64,000 bases of DNA from Marinobacter sp. (GCA_018066865.1 JAGPVT010000114.1:945-64944), one strand, 5' to 3'. Shown: positions 11,405 to 22,095, numbered from the stretch's first letter. Numbers and translations are program-made. The notes: a model not told the origin generated them from the sequence alone.

Positions 11405-12375
11405 GAGGGGCCTCGTGTGAGGGTATGAGTCGTCACCTCAGGCGGGCAATTCAGCCGCACGTTAACCACAGAAGTACCTGTCCCGGGCGAAGTGTATCCC
11501 TGCATGCCGTTTGCTCGCCAATAGCCGCGGCCGAGACGGCGTGGGCAGTCAGCATCCAGCGTGATTGGAATACGTCCGGGCAAGCAGATCTGGCCGCCAT
11601 GGGTGTGCCCGCAGAGGAATATATCGTAGCCGGCGTGGGAGGCTTCCCGCCATATTTCAGGCGAATGGCTGAGTAGAAGGCTGATACTACCAGGGGGAAT
11701 GTCATCGCCAGCGCGGTGCAGGTTGTGAACCTTGTAGAAGTGCGGATCATCAACCCCTGCAAGGTACAGGTGTTCACCGCCCCGCTCTATCGGAACCATC
11801 TCATTCATCAGCAGGACGTAGCCCATGTCTTCCAGAGCTGGCACCATGCGCACACTGTCGTGGTTGCCAAGCACAGCGTAGGCAGGGCCCCGGATCGCTT
11901 CTCGTAGCCGCGCCATGCCTTCAAGGGCGGCCTCAGCCGGCCCCCAGGTCTCTTTGCGGTAATCGCCGGTGAGCACGCACAGGTCGTAATCCAGTGGAGA
12001 AATCTGTTGTATAACGGCCTGTAGGTTGGCTTCGTCCATATCCACATGGAGATCTGTCAAGTGGAGGATGCGAAAACCCTCAAAGCAGCCTGGAAGGCCT
12101 GGAAGAAGAAAGCGATTGTGGACCGTGTCCAAGCGCCGGCTGTTGGCCTGCCCACGACCGAGGAGCCCCGAGACTCTCAGGCAAAAGCGGATAAAACCGG
12201 GTGCAGACGTCAGGTTTTCAAGATGAAATGAGGAGCGATATCGGCCGAACACTCTGGCTTCAGCTTCACGCTCAATGCACAGTCGCTGTCGAGCATGAAC
12301 CGGTCCCAGCCTCAGGCTCAGGCGGTACTCCAGAAGTTCATCCTGGTGTTCCGGTTTTCTGGCCGGTGAGGTCAT
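11398..12375 (-). CDS. Calcineurin-like metallophosphoesterase
   Basis: TDLH, TGD, GNHD, SHSP, GHTHGGQ motifs. Confidence 0.92.
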   Translation of the reverse strand: MTSPARKPEHQDELLEYRLSLRLGPVHARQRLCIEREAEARVFGRYRSSFHLENLTSAPGFIRFCLRVSGLLGRGQANSRRLDTVHNRFLLPGLPGCFEGFRILHLTDLHVDMDEANLQAVIQQISPLDYDLCVLTGDYRKETWGPAEAALEGMARLREAIRGPAYAVLGNHDSVRMVPALEDMGYVLLMNEMVPIERGGEHLYLAGVDDPHFYKVHNLHRAGDDIPPGSISLLLSHSPEIWREASHAGYDIFLCGHTHGGQICLPGRIPITLDADCPRRLGRGYWRANGMQGYTSPGTGTSVVNVRLNCPPEVTTHTLTRGPSQ

Positions 12376-12631
12376 CGGTTATCCTCTGTTCTTGAATCGG
12401 GTCACTGCATTGTTTTGCAATAGATTCGCTCTCATTATGGTTGGCAACAGAAGGGATGCAACCCGGTTGCTACAATGTTTATGTAGGTGGTTGGGAACTT
12501 TTTCCATTTCAGTTTTCTAACAGGCAGGCAGAGTGAGCTCTGACTGCCATGACAGTTCCAGTTGGAAAAATGGTGGGTTAGCAGCCACAATCTGTAGCCT
12601 GTAGACATTCACATCCGTAACAGAGGTCTTT

Positions 12632-13306
12632 ATGCCATCATCTTGCAGTATTCCCGGCCTGAACGTAGCCCGTAGCCGCTTCCCGGAGCCGGAGCAGGAT
12701 CTGCCAGCCGGAGAAGGTGAGCAAAGAGTCGTTCTTGCGGGTGGTTGTTTCTGGTGCGTGGAGGCTGTGATTCTGGCAATGGATGGCGTAAATCGAGTGG
12801 AGTCTGGTTACGCTGGCGGGCTGCAGGAAACGGCTAACTACGGAGCCGTGTGCACCGGCACGACCGGTCATGCGGAGGCGGTGGATGTGCACTACGACCC
12901 CGCCCGGGTCAGTTTTGGTGAGCTACTCCGGGTGTTTTTCTCGGTCGCTCATGATCCGACCCAGCTAAACCGGCAAGGTAATGACCGGGGCACGCAATAT
13001 CGCTCGGCCGTTTTTTACGAAACCCCTGAGCAAAAACGGGTTGTGGAGGCTTATATTCTGCAGCTCAATGAGGCGGGAGTCTATTCCGAGCCAGTAGTAA
13101 CTACTTTAGAGCCGCTGGAAGCGTTTTATCCGGCTGAGGCGAATCATCAGAATTTCGCCGCCCGGAATCCCTACCAGCCATACATCATGGCAGTGGCGGC
13201 TCCTAAAATGGAAAAACTTATCGATGGCTTCAGTGACCGGCTCAAGCCGGAATATACTGCTGCCAATTCCAATGTCGATTCCAATTCCGGGGAAAACCTG
13301 GCCTGA
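12632..13306 (+). CDS. msrA: Peptide-methionine (S)-S-oxide reductase
   Basis: GGCFWC, TGHAE, HDPTQLNRQGNDRGTQYRS. Confidence 0.96.
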   Translation: MPSSCSIPGLNVARSRFPEPEQDLPAGEGEQRVVLAGGCFWCVEAVILAMDGVNRVESGYAGGLQETANYGAVCTGTTGHAEAVDVHYDPARVSFGELLRVFFSVAHDPTQLNRQGNDRGTQYRSAVFYETPEQKRVVEAYILQLNEAGVYSEPVVTTLEPLEAFYPAEANHQNFAARNPYQPYIMAVAAPKMEKLIDGFSDRLKPEYTAANSNVDSNSGENLA

Positions 13307-13317
13307 GGAGATGAATA

Positions 13318-13743
13318 ATGAGCAGTTCTGCTGCAGGTTATGACCTGACGCCACTGACCGAGGCGCAGATAGAAGAAAAAGCAGCCAGCCTGACACCTGA
13401 AGAGCGCCAGGTGCTGTTGAATCACGGAACAGAACATCCGTTTTGTGGGACCTTGCTGGACAACAAACTTGCGGGTGCCTACCACTGCCGTCTTTGTGAT
13501 CTTCCTCTGTTCAGCTCAAACGCGAAATTTGATTCCGGTACCGGCTGGCCCAGTTTTTTCCAGCCCTTCGACAAGGAACACATTCGCTATATTGAAGATA
13601 CAAGTCTTGGGATGGCCCGCACAGAGGTGCGTTGCCCTCGCTGTGACAGCCATCTTGGGCATGTATTTCCAGACGGCCCACCCCCGACCGGGCAGCGCTA
13701 TTGCCTGAATTCCATTGCGATGGTGTTCCAGGAAAACAGTTAG
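13318..13743 (+). CDS. msrB: Peptide-methionine (R)-S-oxide reductase
   Basis: GTE, two CxxC pairs, KFDSGTGWPSF, HLGHVF.DGP, RYCLNS. Confidence 0.96.
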   Translation: MSSSAAGYDLTPLTEAQIEEKAASLTPEERQVLLNHGTEHPFCGTLLDNKLAGAYHCRLCDLPLFSSNAKFDSGTGWPSFFQPFDKEHIRYIEDTSLGMARTEVRCPRCDSHLGHVFPDGPPPTGQRYCLNSIAMVFQENS

Positions 13744-13761
13744 TGCGGACAGTTGTTGCTG

Positions 13762-14745
13762 TCAGCTCGTGCTGGCAGCAACAACTGTAGAAAGCAGATA
13801 GCCGGTATAGGCAACGTAAACCAATAGCAGAATTGAGCCGTCAAACCGGCTGATGACCTTTCGCCAGCCAGTCATTCCGAAACCCATAACCAGCAGACCA
13901 ACCGTCAGGGCCAGCATCAGCGTCCAGTCCCGGTACAGCACTTCCGGAGCCACCGAAAGTGGCTGGATAACGGCAGCCAACCCGACAACGGCGAGAGTAT
14001 TGAAGATACCCGAGCCGAGAATGTTGCCCAGTATCAGGTCGTGTTCGTTCTTCCGTACGGCGGCGAGAGCTGAAGCCAGTTCTGGCAGCGACGTGCCAAT
14101 TGCCACGATGGTCAGGCCGATTACCAGGTCACTGACACCCAGGCTTTGCGCAATGGTGACTGCGCCCCAGACCAGCAGACGGGAACTGACGACAAGCAGA
14201 ATAAGGCCAATAACCAGCCACATGATGGCTGTTTTCATCGCCATCAGTTCGCCGGCCATCTGGGCGTCGGCTTCTACGACGACCGCGTCGCCTTTGCCTC
14301 GCATGCCTTGGAAAATCGACCAGCCCATTACCACGGCAAATACGCCCAGCAGTACCCAGCCATCAAGCCGTGATAGTTCGCCATCCAGTAGTTGCGCGCC
14401 TGCGATCAGGGTGAGTACTACAAGCAGGGGGAGCTCTTTCCGGAGAACCTGAGAATGGACCGCGATGGGCGCAATGACGGCAGTAAGGCCCACAATCAGA
14501 GCGATGTTGGTGATGTTGGAGCCATATCCGTTGCCGAGCGCAAGCCCGGGGTTGCCATCGGCGGCGGCCATTGCGGAGACCGCCAGTTCCGGTGCCGAGG
14601 TACCGAACCCGATAATCACCATGCCGATCAGAAGCGCGGGCATGCCCAGATGTTTGGCGGTTGCAGCAGCGCCTTCCACGAACTTGTCTGCACTCCAGAC
14701 CAGCAATACCAGGCCGGCGATGATTGCGCCAATAGCCATTCCCAT
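13762..14745 (-). CDS. Calcium/sodium antiporter (YrbG family)
   Basis: Two alpha-repeats: GTSAPE..GSNITN and GTSLPE..GNILGS. Confidence 0.92.
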   Translation of the reverse strand: MGMAIGAIIAGLVLLVWSADKFVEGAAATAKHLGMPALLIGMVIIGFGTSAPELAVSAMAAADGNPGLALGNGYGSNITNIALIVGLTAVIAPIAVHSQVLRKELPLLVVLTLIAGAQLLDGELSRLDGWVLLGVFAVVMGWSIFQGMRGKGDAVVVEADAQMAGELMAMKTAIMWLVIGLILLVVSSRLLVWGAVTIAQSLGVSDLVIGLTIVAIGTSLPELASALAAVRKNEHDLILGNILGSGIFNTLAVVGLAAVIQPLSVAPEVLYRDWTLMLALTVGLLVMGFGMTGWRKVISRFDGSILLLVYVAYTGYLLSTVVAASTS

Positions 14746-15229
14746 AGATAAGCCTCAGTCAGGTACCTTTTGCCGTTCGATTCTGGCGTTAAACCCGTAT
14801 ATCCAAGGGTGTAAGTGCCAGGAAGGTGTGCAAGATACCGCATATAAGCAGTTCAGGTCAGCCCCTTTCGGATGAAGTGATGCTATCCCGGGTGGCAAGA
14901 GCATGAGACTAAAGTTGCGGTGATATTGCGGGTCAAAGGGGAGAAAATACCTGAAAAGCTTGTCGCATTATGTGTCCGGATGATTACCTATAAGCCGGCG
15001 CAAGCCATTGTTCGTAAACAGACAATGCAGTCTCAAGGTCGCGCACAGACCCGCAACGATTCACAATCGCAATTTATTATTTTCTTGAAATCCGGATAAT
15101 TGCGCGCACACATACATTAGCGGACGCACAGGGCATCGCCATTTACCTCGCGACTGGCCCGCATCCGACAACCGCCTCTGCTGATCGTGGAGGGGTAAAA
15201 GGCTCAAAACTAGCTAGGGTGAAAAACCA

Positions 15230-16711
15230 ATGGCCGTTAAACAGGCAGACGTAGTGCTGGTCGGTGGTGGTGTCATGAGCGCCACTCTCGGTGTGATGCT
15301 AAGGCAACTCGATCCGTCCATGAAAATCGTCATGTTGGAGCGTCTTGATCACGTTGCCCATGAAAGCACGGATGGATGGAACAATGCAGGAACCGGACAC
15401 GCAGGATACTGTGAACTGAATTACACGCCCGAGACCGAAGACGGCGATGTGGCTATCGAGCGCGCGCTTCAGATCAACGCTCAATACGAGGTTTCTCTGC
15501 AGTTCTGGTCGCACCTGGTAGAGCAGGGTCTGTTGCCCGAGCCTTCAAAATTCATTAATCGTACACCGCACCAGAGTTTTGTCTGGGGTGAAAAAGATGT
15601 GGCGTTCCTCAAGCGTCGTCATGAGCGTCTGAGTGCCCATCACCTGTTCCGCGACATGGAATACACGGAATCTCCGCGGGAACTGGAGGACTGGATGCCC
15701 CTGATTGTGCAGGGCCGGGACCCGATGCAACGAGTTGCTGCCACCCGCATCCGTCACGGCTCAGATGTGGATTTTGGTTCGCTGACCCGGAACTTGGTCG
15801 AGTATCTGCAAAGCCAGCCCAACTTTGAGCTGATGCTGGGGTGCCCGGTGCATTACATAGATCAGCGCGATAATGGTCGCTGGAAAATTCGGGTGAAAAA
15901 CCAGCACACAGGTGAGCAGACCAAGCTGGAAGCCGGATTTGTGTTCCTCGGAGCGGGTGGCGGGGCACTGCCGTTACTGCAGAAATCCGGTATTGAAGAA
16001 GCCCGCGGTTATGGGGGCTTCCCCGTTAGCGGTCAGTGGCTGGTGTGCCGCAAGCCCGATGTGGTAAAGCAGCATCACGCCAAGGTATACGGCAAGGCGC
16101 CCATTGGTGCGCCCCCCATGTCGGTCCCGCATCTGGATACCCGCATTATCAATGGTGAACCGGCTCTGCTGTTTGGCCCCTTTGCCGGCTTTACCACCCG
16201 TTTTCTCAAGCAGGGCTCCATCTTTGACCTGTTCGGCTCGGTTCGCACAACCAACCTCAAGCCGATGCTGTCGGTGAGCAAGAGCAATATGGATCTCACT
16301 CGCTACCTGATCGGAGAAGTATTCCAGTCCCACAGTGATCGCGTCGAAGCGCTACGTAACTTTTTTCCGGAAGCGGAGGAAGGCAACTGGGAACTGCGCA
16401 ATGCCGGCCAGCGAGTTCAGATTATCAAACAGGCTGAAGGCGGCGGCGGAAAACTGGAATTCGGTACCGAAATTGTGGCTTCAAAAGATGGCACTCTGGC
16501 GGCTTTGCTGGGGGCTTCTCCAGGTGCTTCTACAGCCGCTAATGCGATGATCAGCGTAATCGAACGTTGCTTCCCGGACAATATCAAAACGGATGAGTGG
16601 CAGGCGCGCATGAAGCGGATGGTGCCGTCCTACGGCCAGTCTCTGGTGGACGATGAGGCGCTGCTGATGAAGGTGCGGGAAAGAACACTCGCCACCTTGA
16701 AGTTGAGCTGA
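15230..16711 (+). CDS. mqo: Malate:quinone oxidoreductase
   Basis: GGGVMSATL, WNNAGTGH, GAPPMSVPHLDTR, LLGASPGAST. Confidence 0.96.
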   Translation: MAVKQADVVLVGGGVMSATLGVMLRQLDPSMKIVMLERLDHVAHESTDGWNNAGTGHAGYCELNYTPETEDGDVAIERALQINAQYEVSLQFWSHLVEQGLLPEPSKFINRTPHQSFVWGEKDVAFLKRRHERLSAHHLFRDMEYTESPRELEDWMPLIVQGRDPMQRVAATRIRHGSDVDFGSLTRNLVEYLQSQPNFELMLGCPVHYIDQRDNGRWKIRVKNQHTGEQTKLEAGFVFLGAGGGALPLLQKSGIEEARGYGGFPVSGQWLVCRKPDVVKQHHAKVYGKAPIGAPPMSVPHLDTRIINGEPALLFGPFAGFTTRFLKQGSIFDLFGSVRTTNLKPMLSVSKSNMDLTRYLIGEVFQSHSDRVEALRNFFPEAEEGNWELRNAGQRVQIIKQAEGGGGKLEFGTEIVASKDGTLAALLGASPGASTAANAMISVIERCFPDNIKTDEWQARMKRMVPSYGQSLVDDEALLMKVRERTLATLKLS

Positions 16712-16784
16712 AATTGGGCTGATATTTGCGATTTTCACTCATCGGCGTAGGGTAAAGGGACATACTGAAACAAGGAGGAAGCCG

Positions 16785-18017
16785 ATGAGCGAGCAAGAAT
16801 ATAACCCGGAAAAGGGGTATGTCGCACTTCTTGGCTGGAGCCTGAATGCCGTAGAAGCTGCTGACAAATTCGACCGCCGCTACGTAGTTGTTGCCCCGGA
16901 TTGGGCAGAGGCCTACTGCAAAGAACACGATATTCCCTACGTGCCCTGGAACTTTGAGCGTCTCAACGACCGCTCCGTCGAAATTGCCCAGACCCTCAAG
17001 GATATGGGAGTGGATGTTTCCATCCCCCTGTTTGAAGAAACCGTTGAGTGGGCGGGTGCGATCAACTCGGTACTGATGGACAAGCCGCGGTTGTTTGGGC
17101 AAGCCATGCTACTGCGTGACAAAGCTCTGATGAAGCGCCGTGCCCAACTCGGTGGCATTCGTGTCGGCATATTTGAAGAGGCCCACGACAAAGGCGATGT
17201 CATCCGCTTTCTCAAGCGTGTTAACCAGACTCTGCTCAAGCTTGATGGCGACCCCAACGACCCGATTCACCTGAAAGCCTTCGATAAAGCCGGTTGTCTC
17301 GGTCACCGGGTAATCCGTACTCCGGACGAAGTGGATTCCATCCCGGATGAAGAATTTCCGGTGCTTATGGAATCGCACCTCGATGGCTGGGAGTTTGCCG
17401 TAGAGGCGTGGATCCATAATGGCAAGATTGCCTTCCTGAACATCTCCGAGTACGTCACCTTGGGCTATTCTGTTTTCGTGCCCGCCACGCCGGACCTCGA
17501 AAAGTACCGTGACCAGATCCGCGGTGAAATTGAAAAACTGATCAAAACCTTCGATATTGATTTCGGTTTTATTCACCCGGAATATTTCGTGACCAGTGAC
17601 AGCACCATGTACTTTGGTGAAGTGGCCTACCGGCCGCCCGGGTTCAAGGTGTTTGAATTGCTTGAGAAGGCCTATGGTTTTAACGCTTACCAGGGGCTTA
17701 TTCTGGCTTTCGATCCCAAGACCACGCAGGAAGAAATCAAAGCCTTCTTCCCGAAAGAAGTGGAGGATGCGAAAGGCTACGCCGGTTGCTTTGGTGTGTA
17801 CCCACGTCGCAGGGTTGTCAGCAAGCTCGAGATTCCCGAGGAAACCGAGAATCACGAGTATTTTGAATCCCATGAGCTGACGCCGCCGGTTGAAGAAACC
17901 GTCACCAAGCGCACTGCGTTCGGCACTCACTGGGGCCTGGTGTATTTCTTCGGTGAGGATCCGTACGTAATGCGTGATCTGCTGAAACATCAGGAAGATC
18001 TGGATTTCTATGTATAA
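16785..18017 (+). CDS. ATP-grasp carboxylate-amine ligase (amino-acid ligase-like)
   Basis: RDKALMK, HLKAFDKAGCLG, MESHLDGWEFAVE, HPEYF, GEVAYRPPG. Confidence 0.8.
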   Translation: MSEQEYNPEKGYVALLGWSLNAVEAADKFDRRYVVVAPDWAEAYCKEHDIPYVPWNFERLNDRSVEIAQTLKDMGVDVSIPLFEETVEWAGAINSVLMDKPRLFGQAMLLRDKALMKRRAQLGGIRVGIFEEAHDKGDVIRFLKRVNQTLLKLDGDPNDPIHLKAFDKAGCLGHRVIRTPDEVDSIPDEEFPVLMESHLDGWEFAVEAWIHNGKIAFLNISEYVTLGYSVFVPATPDLEKYRDQIRGEIEKLIKTFDIDFGFIHPEYFVTSDSTMYFGEVAYRPPGFKVFELLEKAYGFNAYQGLILAFDPKTTQEEIKAFFPKEVEDAKGYAGCFGVYPRRRVVSKLEIPEETENHEYFESHELTPPVEETVTKRTAFGTHWGLVYFFGEDPYVMRDLLKHQEDLDFYV

Positions 18018-18071
18018 TCGGGCGATGCATTAACAACTATAGGGCCTGGCTCAGGCCCTGAGGAACATCGT

Positions 18072-20096
18072 TTGAACGATCAACAATCGGGCAATGCAGC
18101 TCCTGTTGTGAATCTGGAAAAACTGGCAATAAAGCTGGATGATTCGATTCGGGTTCTGGAAGAAAGCCGGTCGTTTGCCAAGCTTGGAAAGTTGCCGCCG
18201 GTATTTGATCTTGTCCGCAGGATACTGCAACAGCCGGAAGGTTGCGCAATAGTCGAAGCGCAAGCAGAACGGCTGGAAAACGCCGGGGTTTTTGCCGGCA
18301 CAGACTGGGCAGAGCCGGCGATTCTGCTCCCCTCATTAACGACCTACGCTCTGCAAAGCAAGAATACAGACACGGTGGTTATTGAAGCGCTCAGTGAGCT
18401 TCGCTTGCTGGCGGTTGCTCGTAGCACCTATTCGCACCCCTCGGTGTCTGCCGAGCAGGCCCACCATTATCTGACTCAGGTTCTCGCAATCAATCTCGGC
18501 TTGCTGTTTGGCATGACCGGCGAAGCCGAGCGTGAGCAGGGCAAGTTGGCACTCATCAGCCAACACGTGGTGCAGTACGTAGCCCAGCACATTGGCTACG
18601 AACATGTCATCGACAGCCTGATTGAAGAAATCTGGCGTATTCTGCAGCAGCGACCGATTCAGGTGGCTGGTGTGCGCAAGATGATCACTCAAATTGCTAT
18701 TTGTCGGGCCGAACCAGATGCCGATCTCGGCAGTGCCGGGCGCGGAGCGGACCGGCTCATCTCCAGCCTTTACGGCCCGACGCGAGGATGCAGTGAGGAT
18801 CCGGGTACCGTGGTCTACCAGCAACGTCTGGAATCCATGGATTCCCAGACGTTGCAGAATGAAGCCACCGGGTTTGCACGCTCCATGCACGACACCGGCC
18901 TGGTGTCTCCCTACCATGCATCCTTTGTACGCTACATTCTGGAAGGCCAGGACAATCTTCTCAGCGAAGCGCTGGGGCTTTCCAGTACAGGTCGCGACTG
19001 TCTGATGTGTTATCGGGAGCTTGTTTATACCCTGATCACCGAGGGTATTTTCCCCGAAACTGCACAGGGCCTATACGGCCTGGCGCTCTTGCTGGAGCGG
19101 GGCATCCTCTATCAGCCACCCGTAGCACCTGCGCTCTGGCGTCAGGCCCGGCTGAACCTGTGCCCGCAGGCCCGTGAGCGCCTGCAGCTTGCCTACGGCT
19201 ACCAGCCGCAAGCCGGCGCCTGGTTGATTCAGGGCGTGTTGAATATTCTGGGGCAGCCGCTGGGGGTTGGTCAGGGAAATAACCCGACTTGCCAATCCGC
19301 CCGGGCTCTTTCCATGTGGGCCTACAACGATCCGGACTACCTGTTGCAGATGGTTGCCTGGGCAGCTCGTGACAACGAAATTGTCATGCACTTTGAAGGC
19401 CAGCCGGTATCCTCGGCGCAGAGCCTTGGTGGCGTGGCTTCGGAAGTAACCTTTGATCTGGACCCAGTATCGCTGGTTGTAGTGCCACACCTTGACCGCA
19501 TATACGGCGAGATGGGCCGCCTGTGCATCGGGCGCGAAGGCGATCCACACAGATGGGTAAACCCGGAATTCCACGGCTGGTCTGCAGGGCGGGGTTTTGC
19601 CATCAATGTGGATGTGGCCACCGGTAACCTGGACGACCTGGAAGGTTTTATCCGGCATTTCTACGCCAGCTATCACCCTTACTACAACGGTAATCAGCCG
19701 CTCATACACCCTCAACCTGCCGGTATTGCAGTAACCGACAGGGCGGCGCGCTTTATTGGCTGGCACGCCATAACGATTCTTCGAGTGGCTTTGGACCCGG
19801 AAGGGGAGATGCGGGTGTATTTTTACAACCCGAACAACGACAGTGGCCAGAGCTGGGGTGATGATGTGCACGTGGGCACGGAGGGCTGCGGCGAAAGATT
19901 TGGTGAGGCGTCTCTGCCGTTAGAGCAGTTCGCCTCCCGACTGTACATCTTTCACTATGATCCGCTAGAGCGCGGTGAGCCAGCGGATGTGGGGGAAGAG
20001 GAATTGCAGCGGGTGATGGAGCGAGTGTATCGAAGCTGGGGCGAAAACCGTTTGCCCGCGCAAGATCTGCAAGCCGAGCCGCCGCAGGCCGAGTAG
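18072..20096 (+). CDS. Conserved hypothetical protein with a putative C-terminal papain-like Cys-His-Asn peptidase domain
   Basis: 674 aa, 54 bp after the ATP-grasp gene; GQGNNPTCQSA, GWHAITI, YFYNPN. Confidence 0.65.
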   Translation: MNDQQSGNAAPVVNLEKLAIKLDDSIRVLEESRSFAKLGKLPPVFDLVRRILQQPEGCAIVEAQAERLENAGVFAGTDWAEPAILLPSLTTYALQSKNTDTVVIEALSELRLLAVARSTYSHPSVSAEQAHHYLTQVLAINLGLLFGMTGEAEREQGKLALISQHVVQYVAQHIGYEHVIDSLIEEIWRILQQRPIQVAGVRKMITQIAICRAEPDADLGSAGRGADRLISSLYGPTRGCSEDPGTVVYQQRLESMDSQTLQNEATGFARSMHDTGLVSPYHASFVRYILEGQDNLLSEALGLSSTGRDCLMCYRELVYTLITEGIFPETAQGLYGLALLLERGILYQPPVAPALWRQARLNLCPQARERLQLAYGYQPQAGAWLIQGVLNILGQPLGVGQGNNPTCQSARALSMWAYNDPDYLLQMVAWAARDNEIVMHFEGQPVSSAQSLGGVASEVTFDLDPVSLVVVPHLDRIYGEMGRLCIGREGDPHRWVNPEFHGWSAGRGFAINVDVATGNLDDLEGFIRHFYASYHPYYNGNQPLIHPQPAGIAVTDRAARFIGWHAITILRVALDPEGEMRVYFYNPNNDSGQSWGDDVHVGTEGCGERFGEASLPLEQFASRLYIFHYDPLERGEPADVGEEELQRVMERVYRSWGENRLPAQDLQAEPPQAE

Positions 20097-20117
20097 GCTG
20101 GTGCGCAAGCGTTCAGG

Positions 20118-21005
20118 CTACACGGGCTGACGCGCACCCCTCAACATGGCGTGCAGCAGTTCCTCTGCGTCAAACTTGGTGAGCGCCTCATTGGCGCCTA
20201 CCTGGTTGGCGTAGCTCAGACTCATTTCACTGTTCAGGGACGTGTGCAGGATAATGTAAGGCTGCTTCAGCACGCCGTTATCCCGTACATCGAATGTCAG
20301 CTCGTAGCCGTCCAGCCCGGGCATCTCAATATCGCTTACCAGAACATCAACCGGCTGCCCGATTTCGTTGTCTCCCAGAAGCACTTGCAGCGCTTCGTCA
20401 CCATTGGTGGTGACCTGGTACGGGATACCCTTTGCGTCCAGCACATCGCACAGCTGTTTACGAGCGATACGGGAGTCGTCTACCAACAGAATATTGAGGG
20501 CTCGCAGAGTTTCGCTCTGTACGTCGGTCAGCGCAACATCGCCGGCCTCCAGCGAATCAGGGTAGACATTCGCCAGTAACAGTTCGACATCCAGCAGCTG
20601 GATAATGTCGCCCTCCACGTCCAGCAAACCGGTTATAAACGCTTTGTCACCCAGCACTGCCGGTGGTGCCTTTACCTTCTTCCAGTCCGTTTCAATGATC
20701 TTCTGCACGCCGCGCACGAGAAAGCCGGTCTCCTGACGCTGCACGTCGGTAATGATAATCGACGAAGCCTTGAGCTCCTCAGGGGTTAAAGCCGGATAGC
20801 CAACCGCAGCGGCCATATCTATTACCGGTACAGCGGAGCCGCGAAAGCTGGTTGTTCCAACGACAGCATGGTGGCTGTGCGGAAGTTTTGTCAGCGGTTT
20901 GTAGGGCAGTATTTCCCTGATCTTCAGCGTGCCAATCCCGAACAGCCGGGTGCCTGACAGCCTGAACAGCAGAAGTTTCTGGGATTGCTTGGCTTTGCTG
21001 GTCAT
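20118..21005 (-). CDS. cheV: Chemotaxis protein CheV (CheW + receiver)
   Basis: LLLFRL, KIREI, RGSAVPVID, then LLVDDS, SDIEMPGLDGY, HTSL, LTKF. Confidence 0.92.
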   Translation of the reverse strand: MTSKAKQSQKLLLFRLSGTRLFGIGTLKIREILPYKPLTKLPHSHHAVVGTTSFRGSAVPVIDMAAAVGYPALTPEELKASSIIITDVQRQETGFLVRGVQKIIETDWKKVKAPPAVLGDKAFITGLLDVEGDIIQLLDVELLLANVYPDSLEAGDVALTDVQSETLRALNILLVDDSRIARKQLCDVLDAKGIPYQVTTNGDEALQVLLGDNEIGQPVDVLVSDIEMPGLDGYELTFDVRDNGVLKQPYIILHTSLNSEMSLSYANQVGANEALTKFDAEELLHAMLRGARQPV

Positions 21006-21199
21006 AACCCGGTCCTTGCAGATAAAAGCCCCCCGAAACCAGCGAGTTTCCGGGGGGTCAAAGATGATATGGGCCAAAGATAGCAAGCTTACGTGCGGTT
21101 ATCATCCGATAAAGCCGAAAGGTTAATACGTGTATTGGCCCTCGGGTGAGGGTACAACCGCATAGGCAAGGATTTCCACCAGCATTTCCTCCCGGGCAA

Positions 21200-21690
21200 A
21201 TCGCCAGAGCTGTTTCTTTTTCGGCGCCGGATTCGCTTCCCCGAATACCCAGCCTCGGCTCTTCTTTTTCAATAGAGCGGTACCAGAACCAGTAATTGTC
21301 ATTCGGGCAGTCTTCACGATAGCTCAGGGCCCAGCTGAACTTCCGGTTAATCAGGTCTTTCAGCTGTCGGGCCTTCATGTCTGGCTGCAAGTCCATGGAC
21401 TCCCGGCAGCCGAGCTCGTCATCCAGGCTGTCTACCAGCTTTGGGTAAAGCTCTATCAGCATGGTGTTGATGAGCTCCTGGGCTTCCAGGGAGCAGTGCT
21501 GCCTGGCCCAGCTTATGAGCTCTTCGTAAAGTGTATGGTGGGCGGGTGTCCGGTCCAGCCAGTCAATAACTTCTGCCACAGAAGCGATTGTTTCCCTGTT
21601 ACGACGGGTCTGTTCCAGGTCCTCTGTTCTGGTTTGCTGCAGGTGCTTGAGGGCGCGGGCCATTAGTGCGCGCAGCTTCGCGTGAGTCTG
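21200..21690 (-). pseudogene. Internal fragment of a larger hypothetical protein
   Basis: Protein-like segment (SLEAQELINTMLIELYP...FWYRSIEKEEPRLG) with no credible start; its upstream part is antisense of the LysR fragment. Boundaries approximate. Confidence 0.5.
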
Positions 21691-22095
21691 CTCGTTGGCA
21701 CTTTTCTCGCAGAGTTCATCTCTCGCTTTCCGGACATAAACATCAGCCTGCACGATGAAAATGCTCACTACGTGTGCCAGATGGTGGCGCATGGGGAGGT
21801 CGATCTGGGAATTATCAGCATATGGAAGAGCGATGAAGACCTGGAGTACACCCACCTGTTTGAGGACAAAATTGGTGTTGTATGCCGCCAGGATCATCCT
21901 CTCGCTTCCCATGAGACCTTGGGTTGGCGAAGCCTGCAGGGTGAAAAGCTGATACGCAACGGTACCTCCAGACTACTGATGAGCACTGCGGCTGCCGAAC
22001 TGGTCGAAAACAGTGCCTTCTATATATCCAACACGATTTCATTGATCGCAATGCTGGAAGCCGGCGCCGGTATTACAACGCTGCCAAGGCTGGCG
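21682..22095 (+). pseudogene. LysR substrate-binding domain fragment (no HTH, truncated C-terminus)
   Basis: FLAEFISRFPDINISLHD, GEVDLGI, DHPLA, MLEAGAGITTLPRLA, then runs into antisense MFS sequence. Confidence 0.8.

Noticed and set aside
14746-15229. Possible yybP-ykoY riboswitch upstream of the Ca/Na antiporter
   Set aside because: I could not find the conserved motifs on the coding strand; an Rfam scan is needed
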